Part shown: positions 20,377 through 29,536 of the stretch, one piece after another | How positions within the stretch are numbered: position 1 is the stretch's first letter | Layout: every line of letters begins with the position of its first letter | DNA from: Pseudomonadales bacterium | Lineage (GTDB): Bacteria; Pseudomonadota; Gammaproteobacteria; Pseudomonadales; IMCC2047 | DNA length: 64,000 bases | Direction of reading: 5' to 3' | Assembly: GCA_041395865.1 (NCBI GenBank) | Contig: JAWKZQ010000008.1 | Coordinates: 12,090-76,089 of the forward strand | Position numbers and translations under genes: made by a program | The notes under the pieces: generated by a model | Told to the model about the DNA's origin: nothing | Seen by the model: only the letters and a program-made list of their open reading frames with translations | Database searches by the model: none

Positions 20377-20607
20377 TTAAAAAAAGATTCTGGCGTCGCG
20401 AAAACCGATCTTTCTCAGTTCGCTAAATAATTTTTCGAGATCTTCGGCAACAAGGGGTTGGTCGTTTTCATCGGCCAGCATCAGGGATTTTCCGTCAACT
20501 TTTATGACCATGACAAACCACTGCTGGTTATCGCTGGGGTTGCGTCTAACCTCTATTTGCTCCAGTTTCCCGGCCTTGAATTGCGCGATTGCCTGTGAAA
20601 TTTTCAT
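20377..20607 (-). CDS. Hypothetical protein (76 aa)
   Basis: SD AAGGA; 12 bp downstream of dauA on the same strand. Confidence 0.65.
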   Translation of the reverse strand: MKISQAIAQFKAGKLEQIEVRRNPSDNQQWFVMVIKVDGKSLMLADENDQPLVAEDLEKLFSELRKIGFRDARIFF

Positions 20608-20619
20608 TGTTAATTCCTT

Positions 20620-22341
20620 TTAGCCTGGCAAATTCAGCAAGGCATCAGAAAGTGTTGGATAAACGGTACAAACCTCCGCATCGGGTTTGAAGCGGGCCTT
20701 GGCCAAGGTTTTTAAGGGCTGGTATTGAAAGTCGGCCAGGTAAACCCGGGTTTTTACGCTGGCGCAGTTCTCCACAAATTTATTGAGCGCGGATAATCCG
20801 CCCGCATCAAGGATGGTTACGCCGTCCAGATAAAGAACGACACCCTGTTGGTTGTCACAGAGCAGTGATAACTCCCCGAATACCCGCTCGGCGGCGGCAA
20901 AAAACAGCGGGCCGTTGATTTTGAAAACTTTCCATCCGTCAGGTACCGGTTTATCGATGAGTTTGTGACTGCCTGTAATCTCTTTTACCTTAGTCATCTC
21001 CGCTATGTTTCTCATGAAAAGCAATGCCGCCAGGACAATACCGGCGGTGATTGCGATGACCATATCAAGCAGAACGGTAAGCGAGAAACAGGTGGAAAAA
21101 ACCATAATATCGCTGCGCGGAGCATTTTTAAGCAGGTGAACCGCTTTGGGTGCTTCACTCATATTCCAGGCAACGATGATTAATAAAGCCGCCATGCTCG
21201 CCATCGGCAGGTAGCCAAGAAATTGTGAGAGTGACAGCAGGGCAATTAAAACCACCACGGCATGCACCATGGCGGCAACCGGGGTTTGCGCGCCCGCCTT
21301 AACATTGGCGGCTGAACGGGCAATGGCCGCTGTGGCGGTAATGCCGCCGAAAAAGGGAGTGACGATATTACCGACACCCTGGCCCAGTAATTCACTGTTG
21401 GCACTGTGCTTTTTCCCGGTCATTCCGTCGATTACCACCGCACATAAAAGTGATTCGATCGCGCCCAGCATGGCGATGGCGAATGCGGCTGACAGGAGAT
21501 CCTGAACAAGTTGCCAACTGAGGGTGAGAACGGGTTCCCCGGGCTGGACTCTTTGCCAGGGCGATTGAATATCCGGCAGCATCGATGGAATGCCCGAGAT
21601 CAGGTTGCCATCCGGTGAAACAAAACTAAAGGTCGACGCGATGGTTGCGACTGACATTCCCTGCTGGTTCATGGCGGCAGCAATGACCGTAGCAATGATG
21701 ACAGCGGGGAGATGCGGCGGCAGGGGCGTCCTTAAGCGTGGCCAAACCAACATCACCAGCAGAGTGGTCACGCCGACGATCAGGCTGCCTTCTGAAAAAT
21801 CGGGCAGGGCGTGGGCCAGCGCTATGACTTTGCCCGTGAAGTGTTCCGGCATGGGGGTGTCAGCCAAGCCCAGAAAGTCCTTTATCTGCAACGTCGCAAT
21901 CACCACGGCGATTCCGCCGGTAAATCCCAGCGTCACGGATTCGGGGATGTACTCAATGTAACGCCCAAGTCGCAGGAGGGCCATTATCACCTGCAATCCT
22001 CCGGCCAGGATGCTGGCAATGAGTAATCCAGCCAACCCGTATTGCTGAACCACCGGGAAGAGGATGACAACAAAGGCCGCGGTCGGCCCGGATACGCTAT
22101 AGCGTGATCCGCCTACCAACGGAATCAAAAATCCGGCAATAAACGCACTATAGAGGCCGTATTGCGGGGCGACACCGCTGGCAATAGCCAACGCCATGGC
22201 CAGAGGAATGGCAATGATGCCGACAGTAATCCCAGCAATCAGGTCTTTGAGCAGCGTTTTTTTATTGTAACGCGACTCTTTCAGCGCTTCGCGTAGCGCA
22301 TGAGCGACTTGTAAGGAAAAAAGATGTCTGCGATGCGCCAT
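20620..22341 (-). CDS. dauA: SulP/SLC26 transporter DauA (YchM)
   Basis: DLIAGITVGIIAIPLAMALAIASG, SGPTAAFVVIL, ESLLCAVV, TAAIARSAANV, STAS domain GPLFFAAA. Confidence 0.92.
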   Translation of the reverse strand: MAHRRHLFSLQVAHALREALKESRYNKKTLLKDLIAGITVGIIAIPLAMALAIASGVAPQYGLYSAFIAGFLIPLVGGSRYSVSGPTAAFVVILFPVVQQYGLAGLLIASILAGGLQVIMALLRLGRYIEYIPESVTLGFTGGIAVVIATLQIKDFLGLADTPMPEHFTGKVIALAHALPDFSEGSLIVGVTTLLVMLVWPRLRTPLPPHLPAVIIATVIAAAMNQQGMSVATIASTFSFVSPDGNLISGIPSMLPDIQSPWQRVQPGEPVLTLSWQLVQDLLSAAFAIAMLGAIESLLCAVVIDGMTGKKHSANSELLGQGVGNIVTPFFGGITATAAIARSAANVKAGAQTPVAAMVHAVVVLIALLSLSQFLGYLPMASMAALLIIVAWNMSEAPKAVHLLKNAPRSDIMVFSTCFSLTVLLDMVIAITAGIVLAALLFMRNIAEMTKVKEITGSHKLIDKPVPDGWKVFKINGPLFFAAAERVFGELSLLCDNQQGVVLYLDGVTILDAGGLSALNKFVENCASVKTRVYLADFQYQPLKTLAKARFKPDAEVCTVYPTLSDALLNLPG

Positions 22342-22420
22342 GGCACAATTCAATCCCTTTTATTTAGTTGTGTTGAATAATAATGAAATACGAATTATCC
22401 TCTCATATGAAACAAATTCA

Positions 22421-22450
22421 ATGTTAATATGATTAACATATGATGTTAAT
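22421..22450. promoter_or_regulatory. Putative operator: three alternating 8-bp half-sites
   Basis: ATGTTAAT-atg-ATTAACAT-atg-ATGTTAAT in the AT-rich divergent gap between dauA and the CopG-type gene. Confidence 0.6.
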
Positions 22451-22473
22451 AAAAGTTTAAATTAGGAGCTCAG

Positions 22474-22659
22474 ATGGAACAACGAACGGCCCGCCTGACA
22501 TTGTTGATTGATCCTAAAAAGAAGGCTTTATTCGAGAAGCTTTGTGCGCAGGAGGATGTCACGCCATCGCAAAAGGTCAGGCAATTCATCCGGGAATACA
22601 TTGAACAGCAGCTTGGCCCAGACTGGCAAGAACAGGTATTTGGTAACGATAAGGCTTAA
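22474..22659 (+). CDS. CopG/ribbon-helix-helix DNA-binding protein
   Basis: TARLTLLIDPKKKALFEKLC..EDVTPSQ.VRQFIREY; SD AGGAG. Confidence 0.85.
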   Translation: MEQRTARLTLLIDPKKKALFEKLCAQEDVTPSQKVRQFIREYIEQQLGPDWQEQVFGNDKA

Positions 22660-22701
22660 CGGCGAAGGGTTGGCATCGGCGCTTTAAGGCCGGTACTGAC
22701 T

Positions 22702-23838
22702 CTATTTATTGGAAAGGCGTTGAGGGTTTTTTGCGCCCCACAGCACAAATTTCTTATCGCTGGCGATGGTTTTTACGTTGTTAAAATATCGCTTCAGCTC
22801 AATGTGGTAGCCCAGGTGGCGGTTGCCGATGATATAAAAGGTTCCGTCGGCTTTTAACACCCGGGCGCTGTCTCGGAACATTTGCCGGGCCGTTTGGATG
22901 CCGACGGCCTGTTGCTGGTGAAAGGGCGGGTTACACAAAACAGCGTCTACGCTGTTCTCCGCAAAGCCCTGCAGGCAGTGATTCTGGTGGAGTTGCCCGC
23001 GATCAGTCGCGCCCAGGGCTTCCAGGGCGCAGCGGGTTGCGTAAATCGCCTGGCAGGATTCGTCCACAAAACCCATTTCAAGTTGCGGGTTTTCCCGAAG
23101 GGCATATAGACCCAAAATGCCATTGCCGCATCCCAGGTCAATGGCTTCCTTGACGCCGCTTAAATCCGGGAAATGCTGCAGAAAGAAGCGGCTGCCCTGA
23201 TCCAGCTTGCCCGCAGCAAACACGTTGGGCGTGTCAAACAGGGTCAGTCCAACTTCAGGCTGTTGCCGAGCTTGTTCCAAGCGGGGGGGTGTATAGCCTC
23301 CCCTGGTTTTTCCCAGCAGCAGGCGGGCCTTTTTCCTGGCGAGGGTTGTACTCGTCTTGTCCAGATGCTGTTCGAAAAGTTTGAAGAAGCTGCTGCTCAG
23401 GTATTTCAGCATTGCCCCGATCAATACCGGGGTGCCTGCGGGCAGGTCGTGATTGAGCTGCTGCAACAGGTATTCGAAGTAGCGGGTATTTTTGGGCAGT
23501 TTGAGCACGACCACTGCAGCGTTCGGGAGCGGGCTGATACTGTCCCGTATTTCGAGATTGTCGCCGCCATTGACTCGCAGGTTGGCGTCGATAGCCTGTT
23601 GGCTGACAAAGGAATCGCTCACCATAACCGGGTTGCGGCTACGCAGCGTGACGCCGATAGCGCCAAACTGGTCGTTAATAACCAGGGGCTGCAGGCTGTC
23701 CGGGTAATTTTCCCGCAGGTATTCCAACAGGTACTGGTCGGCGGCATCCCAGGCGTGCAGGGTATGGGTTGGATCCGGCGGCAGGCGCTCCAGTTGCACG
23801 GTGCCGAAAGGGCTGCTGAATTCGGCGTCGTTTGGCAC
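22702..23838 (-). CDS. rlmG: 23S rRNA m2G1835 methyltransferase RlmG
   Basis: LHAWDAADQYLL, INDQFGA, DLGCGNG, LCNPPFHQ, GNRHLGYH. Confidence 0.92.
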   Translation of the reverse strand: MPNDAEFSSPFGTVQLERLPPDPTHTLHAWDAADQYLLEYLRENYPDSLQPLVINDQFGAIGVTLRSRNPVMVSDSFVSQQAIDANLRVNGGDNLEIRDSISPLPNAAVVVLKLPKNTRYFEYLLQQLNHDLPAGTPVLIGAMLKYLSSSFFKLFEQHLDKTSTTLARKKARLLLGKTRGGYTPPRLEQARQQPEVGLTLFDTPNVFAAGKLDQGSRFFLQHFPDLSGVKEAIDLGCGNGILGLYALRENPQLEMGFVDESCQAIYATRCALEALGATDRGQLHQNHCLQGFAENSVDAVLCNPPFHQQQAVGIQTARQMFRDSARVLKADGTFYIIGNRHLGYHIELKRYFNNVKTIASDKKFVLWGAKNPQRLSNK

Positions 23839-24758
23839 TAGCGGGATTTTTTCCTGTTTTGTTTACGGGCGGCTTTCTTGGCTGCTTTCTGGGCTCGGAT
23901 AACCTCCAGCTCCGCCAGTTCCCGCTCCATCATTTCCGGGGTTTCGAAACTGATTAAACCGATCATGCCGGCGCGCAGCTCGGTCAGGAAGAGTTTGGAT
24001 ACCCGGTTGAGGTCGACCTGGCCGCCACTGCGCAGGCAGCCGCGGTTGCGGCCAATCACCTCCAGGATTTCCAATTCACTGTCGGGTAACGTATCGAGTG
24101 CATAGCGTTTTTTTAATTGCTCCGGGTAGGCTTTGGCCAGGTAATCCACGGCAAAAAAAGCCACATCCTCGTATTCCATCGCGGTTTCGCGAATGGCGCC
24201 AGTGGTGGCCAGACGGTAGCCGCTGTGCTTGTTTTCCACGTTCGGCCACAACACGCCGGGTGTGTCAGAGAGGGCAATGCCATCGTCGAGTTTGATACGC
24301 TGCTGCCCTTTGGTGATGGCAGGCTCATTGCCGGTTTTGGCAACGCTGCGTCCTACCAGCGTATTGATCAGGGTGGACTTGCCCACGTTCGGAATACCCA
24401 CGATCATGGTGTGGATGACCTTTTCACGCTGGGCTTTACCGGGCACCATTTTTCGGCACAACTCAGGCAGTTGCCTGGCCAGCGAGGGCTGTTCAGTGGT
24501 GATCGCGAGGGTCTTGACGTTTTTCTGGCGTTCCAGCCAGGCTTGCCAGGCTGCCGTTGTCTGGGGATCGGCCAGGTCCGTTTTACTGAGCACCTTGATG
24601 CAGGGTTTGTCGCCTCGCAACTCGGCCAGCATGGGGTTTTCGCTGCTGAAGGGGATGCGGGCATCCAGCACTTCGATAATCACATCCACTCCCGGCAGAG
24701 CTTCCTTAATCTGTTTGCTGGCCTTGTGCATATGGCCGGGATACCACTGAATCTGCAT
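23838..24758 (-). CDS. ylqF: Ribosome biogenesis GTPase RbgA/YlqF
   Basis: IQWYPGHM, DARIPFSSENP, GIPNVGKST, DTPG (circularly permuted GTPase). Confidence 0.95.
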   Translation of the reverse strand: MQIQWYPGHMHKASKQIKEALPGVDVIIEVLDARIPFSSENPMLAELRGDKPCIKVLSKTDLADPQTTAAWQAWLERQKNVKTLAITTEQPSLARQLPELCRKMVPGKAQREKVIHTMIVGIPNVGKSTLINTLVGRSVAKTGNEPAITKGQQRIKLDDGIALSDTPGVLWPNVENKHSGYRLATTGAIRETAMEYEDVAFFAVDYLAKAYPEQLKKRYALDTLPDSELEILEVIGRNRGCLRSGGQVDLNRVSKLFLTELRAGMIGLISFETPEMMERELAELEVIRAQKAAKKAARKQNRKKSR

Positions 24759-24792
24759 ACTTTTCTCGAGCGTCTTCTTCGTTTTTAGGGGG

Positions 24793-25623
24793 CTAAAGCA
24801 GGGTGATTTTATCTTTTTCGATGTTAATCAAACGCTGCTTGTAGAGGGCTCCCAATGCTCGTTTATAGCTGGCCTTGCTGGCATTGAATTTTTGGTAAAT
24901 CGCCTCGGGGGAGCTTTTGTCGGTGAGGGGGGAAATACCGCCCTGTGCCTTTAAATCATCCAGAATTCTTTCTGACAGTTCATCCCGCGCCTCCTGCCCC
25001 TGGAGCTGAAGGCAGAGCGTGATTTTTTTATCGCGGCGAATCTCCTTGATATACCCCTTCAAGCGTTGGCCGATTTCAACGGGTTGCAGGATGTCCTGGT
25101 GGAAAAGCAGGCCGACACAACGATTGTCAATGGTCGCCATGTAACCCAGGTCGGTGCGTTGATAAATGAGTAAATCCACGGCCTGGTCGGGCGCCAGGTA
25201 CAGGGCTTTACTGCTCAGGTGCTTATTCAGTTTACTGGAGGCGACAATGCGATGGGTGTGCGGATCCAGGTAGGCAAAAACCGGGTAAGATTTTCCAACC
25301 TCCATGGGACTGCTCTGTTCACGGAAAGGCACCAGCAAATCCTTGGGTAATCCCCAATCCAGGAAAGCGCCGATCGGCGTGCTGGAAATGACCTGAAGGT
25401 TGGCGCATTCGCCGACTTTGATCAGCGGTGTTTCAGTGGTTGCGATCAGGCGGTCTTCAGAATCCAGGTAGATGAAGACATCCAGTTTGTCGCCGAGCTG
25501 GGTGCCCTGTGGTACATAACGGCGCGGCAGTAGAATGGTGCCTAATTCGCCACCGTCCAGGTACATGCCGAAATCGACCTGGTTGACCGCCTCGAGCCGG
25601 TTTATTTTGCCAATGTCTGTCAT
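24793..25623 (-). CDS. CvfB/YitL family S1 RNA-binding protein
   Basis: GAFLDWGLPKDLLVPFREQ, DKSSPEAIY..F..SKASYKRALGALYK. Confidence 0.9.
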   Translation of the reverse strand: MTDIGKINRLEAVNQVDFGMYLDGGELGTILLPRRYVPQGTQLGDKLDVFIYLDSEDRLIATTETPLIKVGECANLQVISSTPIGAFLDWGLPKDLLVPFREQSSPMEVGKSYPVFAYLDPHTHRIVASSKLNKHLSSKALYLAPDQAVDLLIYQRTDLGYMATIDNRCVGLLFHQDILQPVEIGQRLKGYIKEIRRDKKITLCLQLQGQEARDELSERILDDLKAQGGISPLTDKSSPEAIYQKFNASKASYKRALGALYKQRLINIEKDKITLL

Positions 25624-25733
25624 GATTGATTGCTATTGGGGGAGTGAGACCCGCAAGTTTATTCGTGATAGCGTCTGGGTGCGAGTAAAATTCTACACTC
25701 CAGAAAAACCATTGTCGTATTCGAGAAACTAGA

Positions 25734-26243
25734 ATGAAGGGAATTCCCTGCGGGTTGGGCGACGAACAACCCGTATTTAGCGTTTATATCGCCAATCGGC
25801 CGCCATTGGACGAGTATCAGCAGTTGCAAACCATGCGGCCATTATTGCCGGGCGAGGTGGCAGGGATTGCCCGGCAGACCGGGAATCACTGGCGGAAGAT
25901 TTTTAATGTGTATGCCAAACTGGCCTTTGCGCTGGATAACCGGGGCTTTGAAAGTTGGCAGGCTTACCGTGACGGCATTTTATTGCAAGCGGGTTCCGGA
26001 CAGGCGCTGTTGTTCAGTCTACCGGATTTGCCGAGCCCCGGCGTTCACCTGATTACCGGTAAAACCTATGCGCAGGCATTGCCGCTCAATGCACGGCTCA
26101 CAGTGCTCGACAGCAGCTTTCAGGCGGATGCGCGGCGCTCGTTATTTGTGACGCCTTATTTTGATTATCGCCAGCTCAACAATGAAAAAATTATACGGTT
26201 GGTGGCCATGATCCGGGCGCTGGGTTCGGGGCGCGAATTGTGA
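25734..26243 (+). CDS. Conserved hypothetical protein (DUF6942-like)
   Basis: YIANRPP, GNHWRKIFNVYAKL, PYFDYRQL. Confidence 0.75.
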   Translation: MKGIPCGLGDEQPVFSVYIANRPPLDEYQQLQTMRPLLPGEVAGIARQTGNHWRKIFNVYAKLAFALDNRGFESWQAYRDGILLQAGSGQALLFSLPDLPSPGVHLITGKTYAQALPLNARLTVLDSSFQADARRSLFVTPYFDYRQLNNEKIIRLVAMIRALGSGREL

Positions 26244-26299
26244 TGAAGGATGTGTTAGACTGCAACGCTTTAATTTTTAAATCATTTTGAGTGAGTACT

Positions 26300-26920
26300 A
26301 TGTCGGAAAAATTCTCCACCCTCGAAGACAAGGTCAGCTACGGTATTGGCCGTCAAATGGGCAAGCAGCTGGCGGGAAACCCGCTGGATCGCGTTGAAAT
26401 CGATGCTGTTATTGCCGGTCTGCGCAGCGGCTTTTTTAACGAAGATGGCGAGCTGAGCGACGAAGAGTTGAAGGCGGCCTTTGAAGAGATGAATGCACTG
26501 TTGCAGGAACGCCAGGCAGAACAGGCCAAAGCGTTGGCGGCAGAGGGTGAGAAGTTCCTGGCTGAGAATGCAGGACGTGATGGTATTGTGGTGACCGAAA
26601 GCGGTTTGCAATACGAAGTGATTACCGAAGGCAGTGGCGACAAGCCGGGTGAAGCGTCCCGCGTGCGCACCCATTACCATGGCACTTTTATCGACGGTTC
26701 TGTTTTCGACAGCTCCTACGATCGTGGCGAGCCGGCTGAATTCCCCGTAAATGGCGTGATTCCCGGCTGGACAGAAGCCCTGCAAATGATGCCAACCGGC
26801 TCCAAGTGGCGTATTTACCTGCCGCATCAGCTGGCCTATGGCGAGCACGGTGCCGGTGATCGTATCGCACCCTACACCACGCTGGTTTTTGATATTGAAC
26901 TGCTGGATATCGTGGCTTAA
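26300..26920 (+). CDS. fklB: FKBP-type peptidyl-prolyl isomerase (FklB-like)
   Basis: SYGIG, TESGLQYEV, HYHGTFIDGSVFDSSY.RGEP, VIPGWTEALQMM, LAYG. Confidence 0.92.
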   Translation: MSEKFSTLEDKVSYGIGRQMGKQLAGNPLDRVEIDAVIAGLRSGFFNEDGELSDEELKAAFEEMNALLQERQAEQAKALAAEGEKFLAENAGRDGIVVTESGLQYEVITEGSGDKPGEASRVRTHYHGTFIDGSVFDSSYDRGEPAEFPVNGVIPGWTEALQMMPTGSKWRIYLPHQLAYGEHGAGDRIAPYTTLVFDIELLDIVA

Positions 26921-26937
26921 TACTACAAATTTAAGCG

Positions 26938-26973
26938 CATAAAAAAACCGGGCAACAGCCCGGTTTTTTTATG
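26938..26973. terminator. Bidirectional intrinsic terminator
   Basis: CATAAAAAAACCGGGC-aaca-GCCCGGTTTTTTTATG between convergent fklB and ychJ. Confidence 0.9.
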
Positions 26974-26984
26974 GCTCGAGAATA

Positions 26985-27485
26985 TTAATTTGCGCCGTGG
27001 CATTTCTTGAATTTTTTGCCGCTTCCGCACCAGCAGGGATCGTTACGGCCCGGTTTGGCAATGCTTTTTCCGGTGGTGTCAAACAGGTCGCCATCGACGT
27101 AATACCAGCGATCTGAATCCTTTACAAAACGCGAACGCTCGTGCAGGAACCCTGACTGGCCGCCTTCACTCCAGGTTGCGATAAACTCGACGGTGCCGCG
27201 CTCATCGGTTTCCCGGCCCTGTTCGCAGGCGCGTACCTGCAGGCCGAGCCAGCGGGTGTTATGGAGCGCGCCTTGCAGCAGTTCGCGATCCTGCGGTTGG
27301 CGCTTGCTGGGATGTAGCGTTGCAATCAGGTAATCAATGTTGCCCGTTGCAAAGGCGCTGTAACGCGAGCGCATCAGCGCTTCCGCCGTTTTTGCATACG
27401 CCTCGTTGCTCAGCAGCGGCTGGCAACAATCCGAGAAGGGGCGTTGGCTGCCGCAGGGGCAGGGCGATGAGCTGTCTGGGGTCAT
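26985..27485 (-). CDS. ychJ: YchJ family protein with SEC-C motifs
   Basis: CPCGS...CC, TAEALMRSRYSAF, VEFIA, WYYVDG, GRNDPCWCGSGKKFKKCHG. Confidence 0.92.
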   Translation of the reverse strand: MTPDSSSPCPCGSQRPFSDCCQPLLSNEAYAKTAEALMRSRYSAFATGNIDYLIATLHPSKRQPQDRELLQGALHNTRWLGLQVRACEQGRETDERGTVEFIATWSEGGQSGFLHERSRFVKDSDRWYYVDGDLFDTTGKSIAKPGRNDPCWCGSGKKFKKCHGAN

Positions 27486-27503
27486 AAGGGGGAGTCCTGA
27501 TAG

Positions 27504-27917
27504 CTAATATTGCACTTTGCCACGCAGCGATTTAATTTGCCCGCGTTTAGTTTTACTGTCGGTGCGCTTTTTACGGGCGCTGAGCGAGGGCTTGGTGGCG
27601 TGGCGGGTCTTGTTTACCTGAATGACACTGCGAATCAGTATTTGCAGGCGATGCAGGGCATCGGCGCGATTTTTGTCCTGAGTGCGAAACTGCTGCGCCT
27701 TGATGACGACAATCCCTTCTTTATTGATACGGGAATCGCGTAATGCCAGCAGCCGCTCTTTCCATTCATCGGGCAGTGAAGACGCCCGGATATCAAAGCG
27801 CAGGTGAATTGCCGTCGATACCTTGTTGACGTTTTGCCCGCCTGCGCCCTGTGCCCGGATAGCACAGAGCTCTATTTCTTCATCACCGAGCTGCAGGTTA
27901 TGGGTGATGATCAGCAT
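27504..27917 (-). CDS. arfB: Alternative ribosome rescue factor ArfB
   Basis: RAQGAGGQNVNKVSTAIHLRFD, basic C-terminal tail. Confidence 0.95.
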   Translation of the reverse strand: MLIITHNLQLGDEEIELCAIRAQGAGGQNVNKVSTAIHLRFDIRASSLPDEWKERLLALRDSRINKEGIVVIKAQQFRTQDKNRADALHRLQILIRSVIQVNKTRHATKPSLSARKKRTDSKTKRGQIKSLRGKVQY

Positions 27918-27919
27918 GT

Positions 27920-28621
27920 TTATTCGCTCTGTGCTTCGGGAATTTCTGCTTTGGCGTGTTGTAACGCTTCAATATTCTGCACAACCTGATCATAGTCGCG
28001 AGGCGGGAAGTAGTGGAATATCTCTTTATCGTCATCATTAATCAATAAGACAACACCTTTTTCAGGGTACAGCCAGTAACGGCTTTGGTCATTAATCTCC
28101 ATTTCATCAACAGGGTCGCCAAACAGGTGCTTCAGGCTTTTGGGACGGGTATCAACTGCAGGAGAATAAGACAGGGCGACAATGGTCATCTGCATGGCTT
28201 TTTCGAAGTCGTCACCACTCAATCTCAGCTTGTAATTGCCGGTCGGAGTTGTATCGCTGGCCGGACTGTTAGCGGCGAACTTGGCGAGTTGTTCCTGGCT
28301 GGCTTTGAGGTTGAGAATAACACGCGCCTCAAAGGGACCCAGCTTTATTTTGCCAAGGTAGGACTCCAGGCGGTAGCTGCCATCGGCTGCCCGGAACAGC
28401 GCAATTTCCGGGTACGCGCGCCACAGCTCTTTAGCTTGCGCGGCGGTGGTGGCACCCACATCGATACCGAACACCCGGGTATTGCCTTCCTGAGTGATTT
28501 CAATATCCCAGGGCAGGTTCTTAACCGTTTCCTTTGAACCTTCGGGGCCGGGGCCGAAATACACATTTGCAACACCTATGGCGATGATTGCCAGCGCCGA
28601 AATAAGGAGCCATTTTTTCAT
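27920..28621 (-). CDS. Hypothetical membrane-anchored protein
   Basis: N-terminal TM helix, LPWDIE...TRVFGI, WLYPEKG; 2 bp upstream of arfB. Confidence 0.75.
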   Translation of the reverse strand: MKKWLLISALAIIAIGVANVYFGPGPEGSKETVKNLPWDIEITQEGNTRVFGIDVGATTAAQAKELWRAYPEIALFRAADGSYRLESYLGKIKLGPFEARVILNLKASQEQLAKFAANSPASDTTPTGNYKLRLSGDDFEKAMQMTIVALSYSPAVDTRPKSLKHLFGDPVDEMEINDQSRYWLYPEKGVVLLINDDDKEIFHYFPPRDYDQVVQNIEALQHAKAEIPEAQSE

Positions 28622-28724
28622 ATTAACTGCTCGTTTTAGTCGATTCGAAGCCGGGCATTTTAGCCGATTTGAGCAGTTTTTGCTGATATAATGCGCGCTT
28701 TTACGTGAAGCAGGAGGTTAAACG

Positions 28725-29291
28725 GTGCCCAAAGCCAGTGAATTGAAAAAAGGAATGGTGGTAGAGATTAACGAGGCTCCCCATGTGGTTAAGCAGGTTG
28801 AAGCGAAAAGTCCTTCCTCGCGTGGTGCGTCTACCCTCTACAAGGTGCGTTTTGCGCACCTGCAAACCGGACAGAAACTGGATGAGTCCTTCAAGGGAGA
28901 CGATATGCTCAAGGACGCCGATTGCGCGCGGGTGCCTTTGCAGTATTCCTATCAGGACGGCAGTACCCTGATGTTTATGAATATGGAGGATTACAGCCAG
29001 TACGGGCTTAATCCTGAAGATCTGGAGGGGCAGGTTGAGTTCCTGTACGAGGGGTTGGAAGGACTCGTCGGGTTGTTGATCGATGGTGTGCTGCGGGGAA
29101 TCGAGTTGCCTCAGTCGGTAAACCTTACCATTGTTGAAACCGCACCCGCGATAAAAGGGGCGACGGCAACGGGGCGGACGAAACCCGCGCAGTTGAATAC
29201 GGGTCTGGAGGTGCAGGTGCCGGAGTACCTGGCAACGGGCGAGGTGATCAAGGTTAATACCGGCAATGGCAAGTTTATCTCACGCGCCTAG
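28725..29291 (+). CDS. efpL: Elongation factor P-like protein EfpL (YeiP)
   Basis: MPKASELKKG, KSPSSRG loop, TGRTKPA, VQVPEYL. Confidence 0.93.
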   Translation: MPKASELKKGMVVEINEAPHVVKQVEAKSPSSRGASTLYKVRFAHLQTGQKLDESFKGDDMLKDADCARVPLQYSYQDGSTLMFMNMEDYSQYGLNPEDLEGQVEFLYEGLEGLVGLLIDGVLRGIELPQSVNLTIVETAPAIKGATATGRTKPAQLNTGLEVQVPEYLATGEVIKVNTGNGKFISRA

Positions 29292-29372
29292 CTGTCGGGT
29301 TTTTTTACAATCGTTAATGTTTGTTGATCGGATTTACATTTAATCTCTTGTTTTTAAAGACTTTTAAAAAGT

Positions 29373-29388
29373 TGGTATTGGCTTTGCT
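29373..29388 (+). promoter_or_regulatory. Putative sigma-54 (-24/-12) promoter with upstream AT-rich IHF-like tract
   Basis: TGGTAT-TGGCT-TTGCT (GG-N10-GC) preceded by TTTAATCTCTTGTTTTTAAAGACTTTTAAAAAG. Confidence 0.65.
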
Positions 29389-29398
29389 TAGTATGACG

Positions 29399-29475
29399 GT
29401 TAGAAAAAGAAAGAAGGTGTAACAGCACCCTGGTATGCATTACTCGGCCCGCCCTGTGCGGGCTTCTTTATTTTT
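29399..29475 (+). ncRNA. Candidate sigma-54-dependent small RNA (~75 nt)
   Basis: Lies between the -24/-12 promoter and a + strand terminator; flanking genes are convergent, so no CDS is served. Confidence 0.45.
29446..29475 (+). terminator. Intrinsic terminator
   Basis: GCCCGC-cctgt-GCGGGC followed by TTCTTTATTTTT. Confidence 0.75.
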
Positions 29476-29536
29476 ATCCGGCGACTGAATTCATAGGCGT
29501 GATTCGCTTACGCCCAGTCCACTTTTAACCCTCGGG

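Noticed and set aside
29393..29422. Nine-codon ORF MTVRKRKKV in the candidate sRNA region
   Set aside because: Starts upstream of the predicted sigma-54 +1 and has no SD
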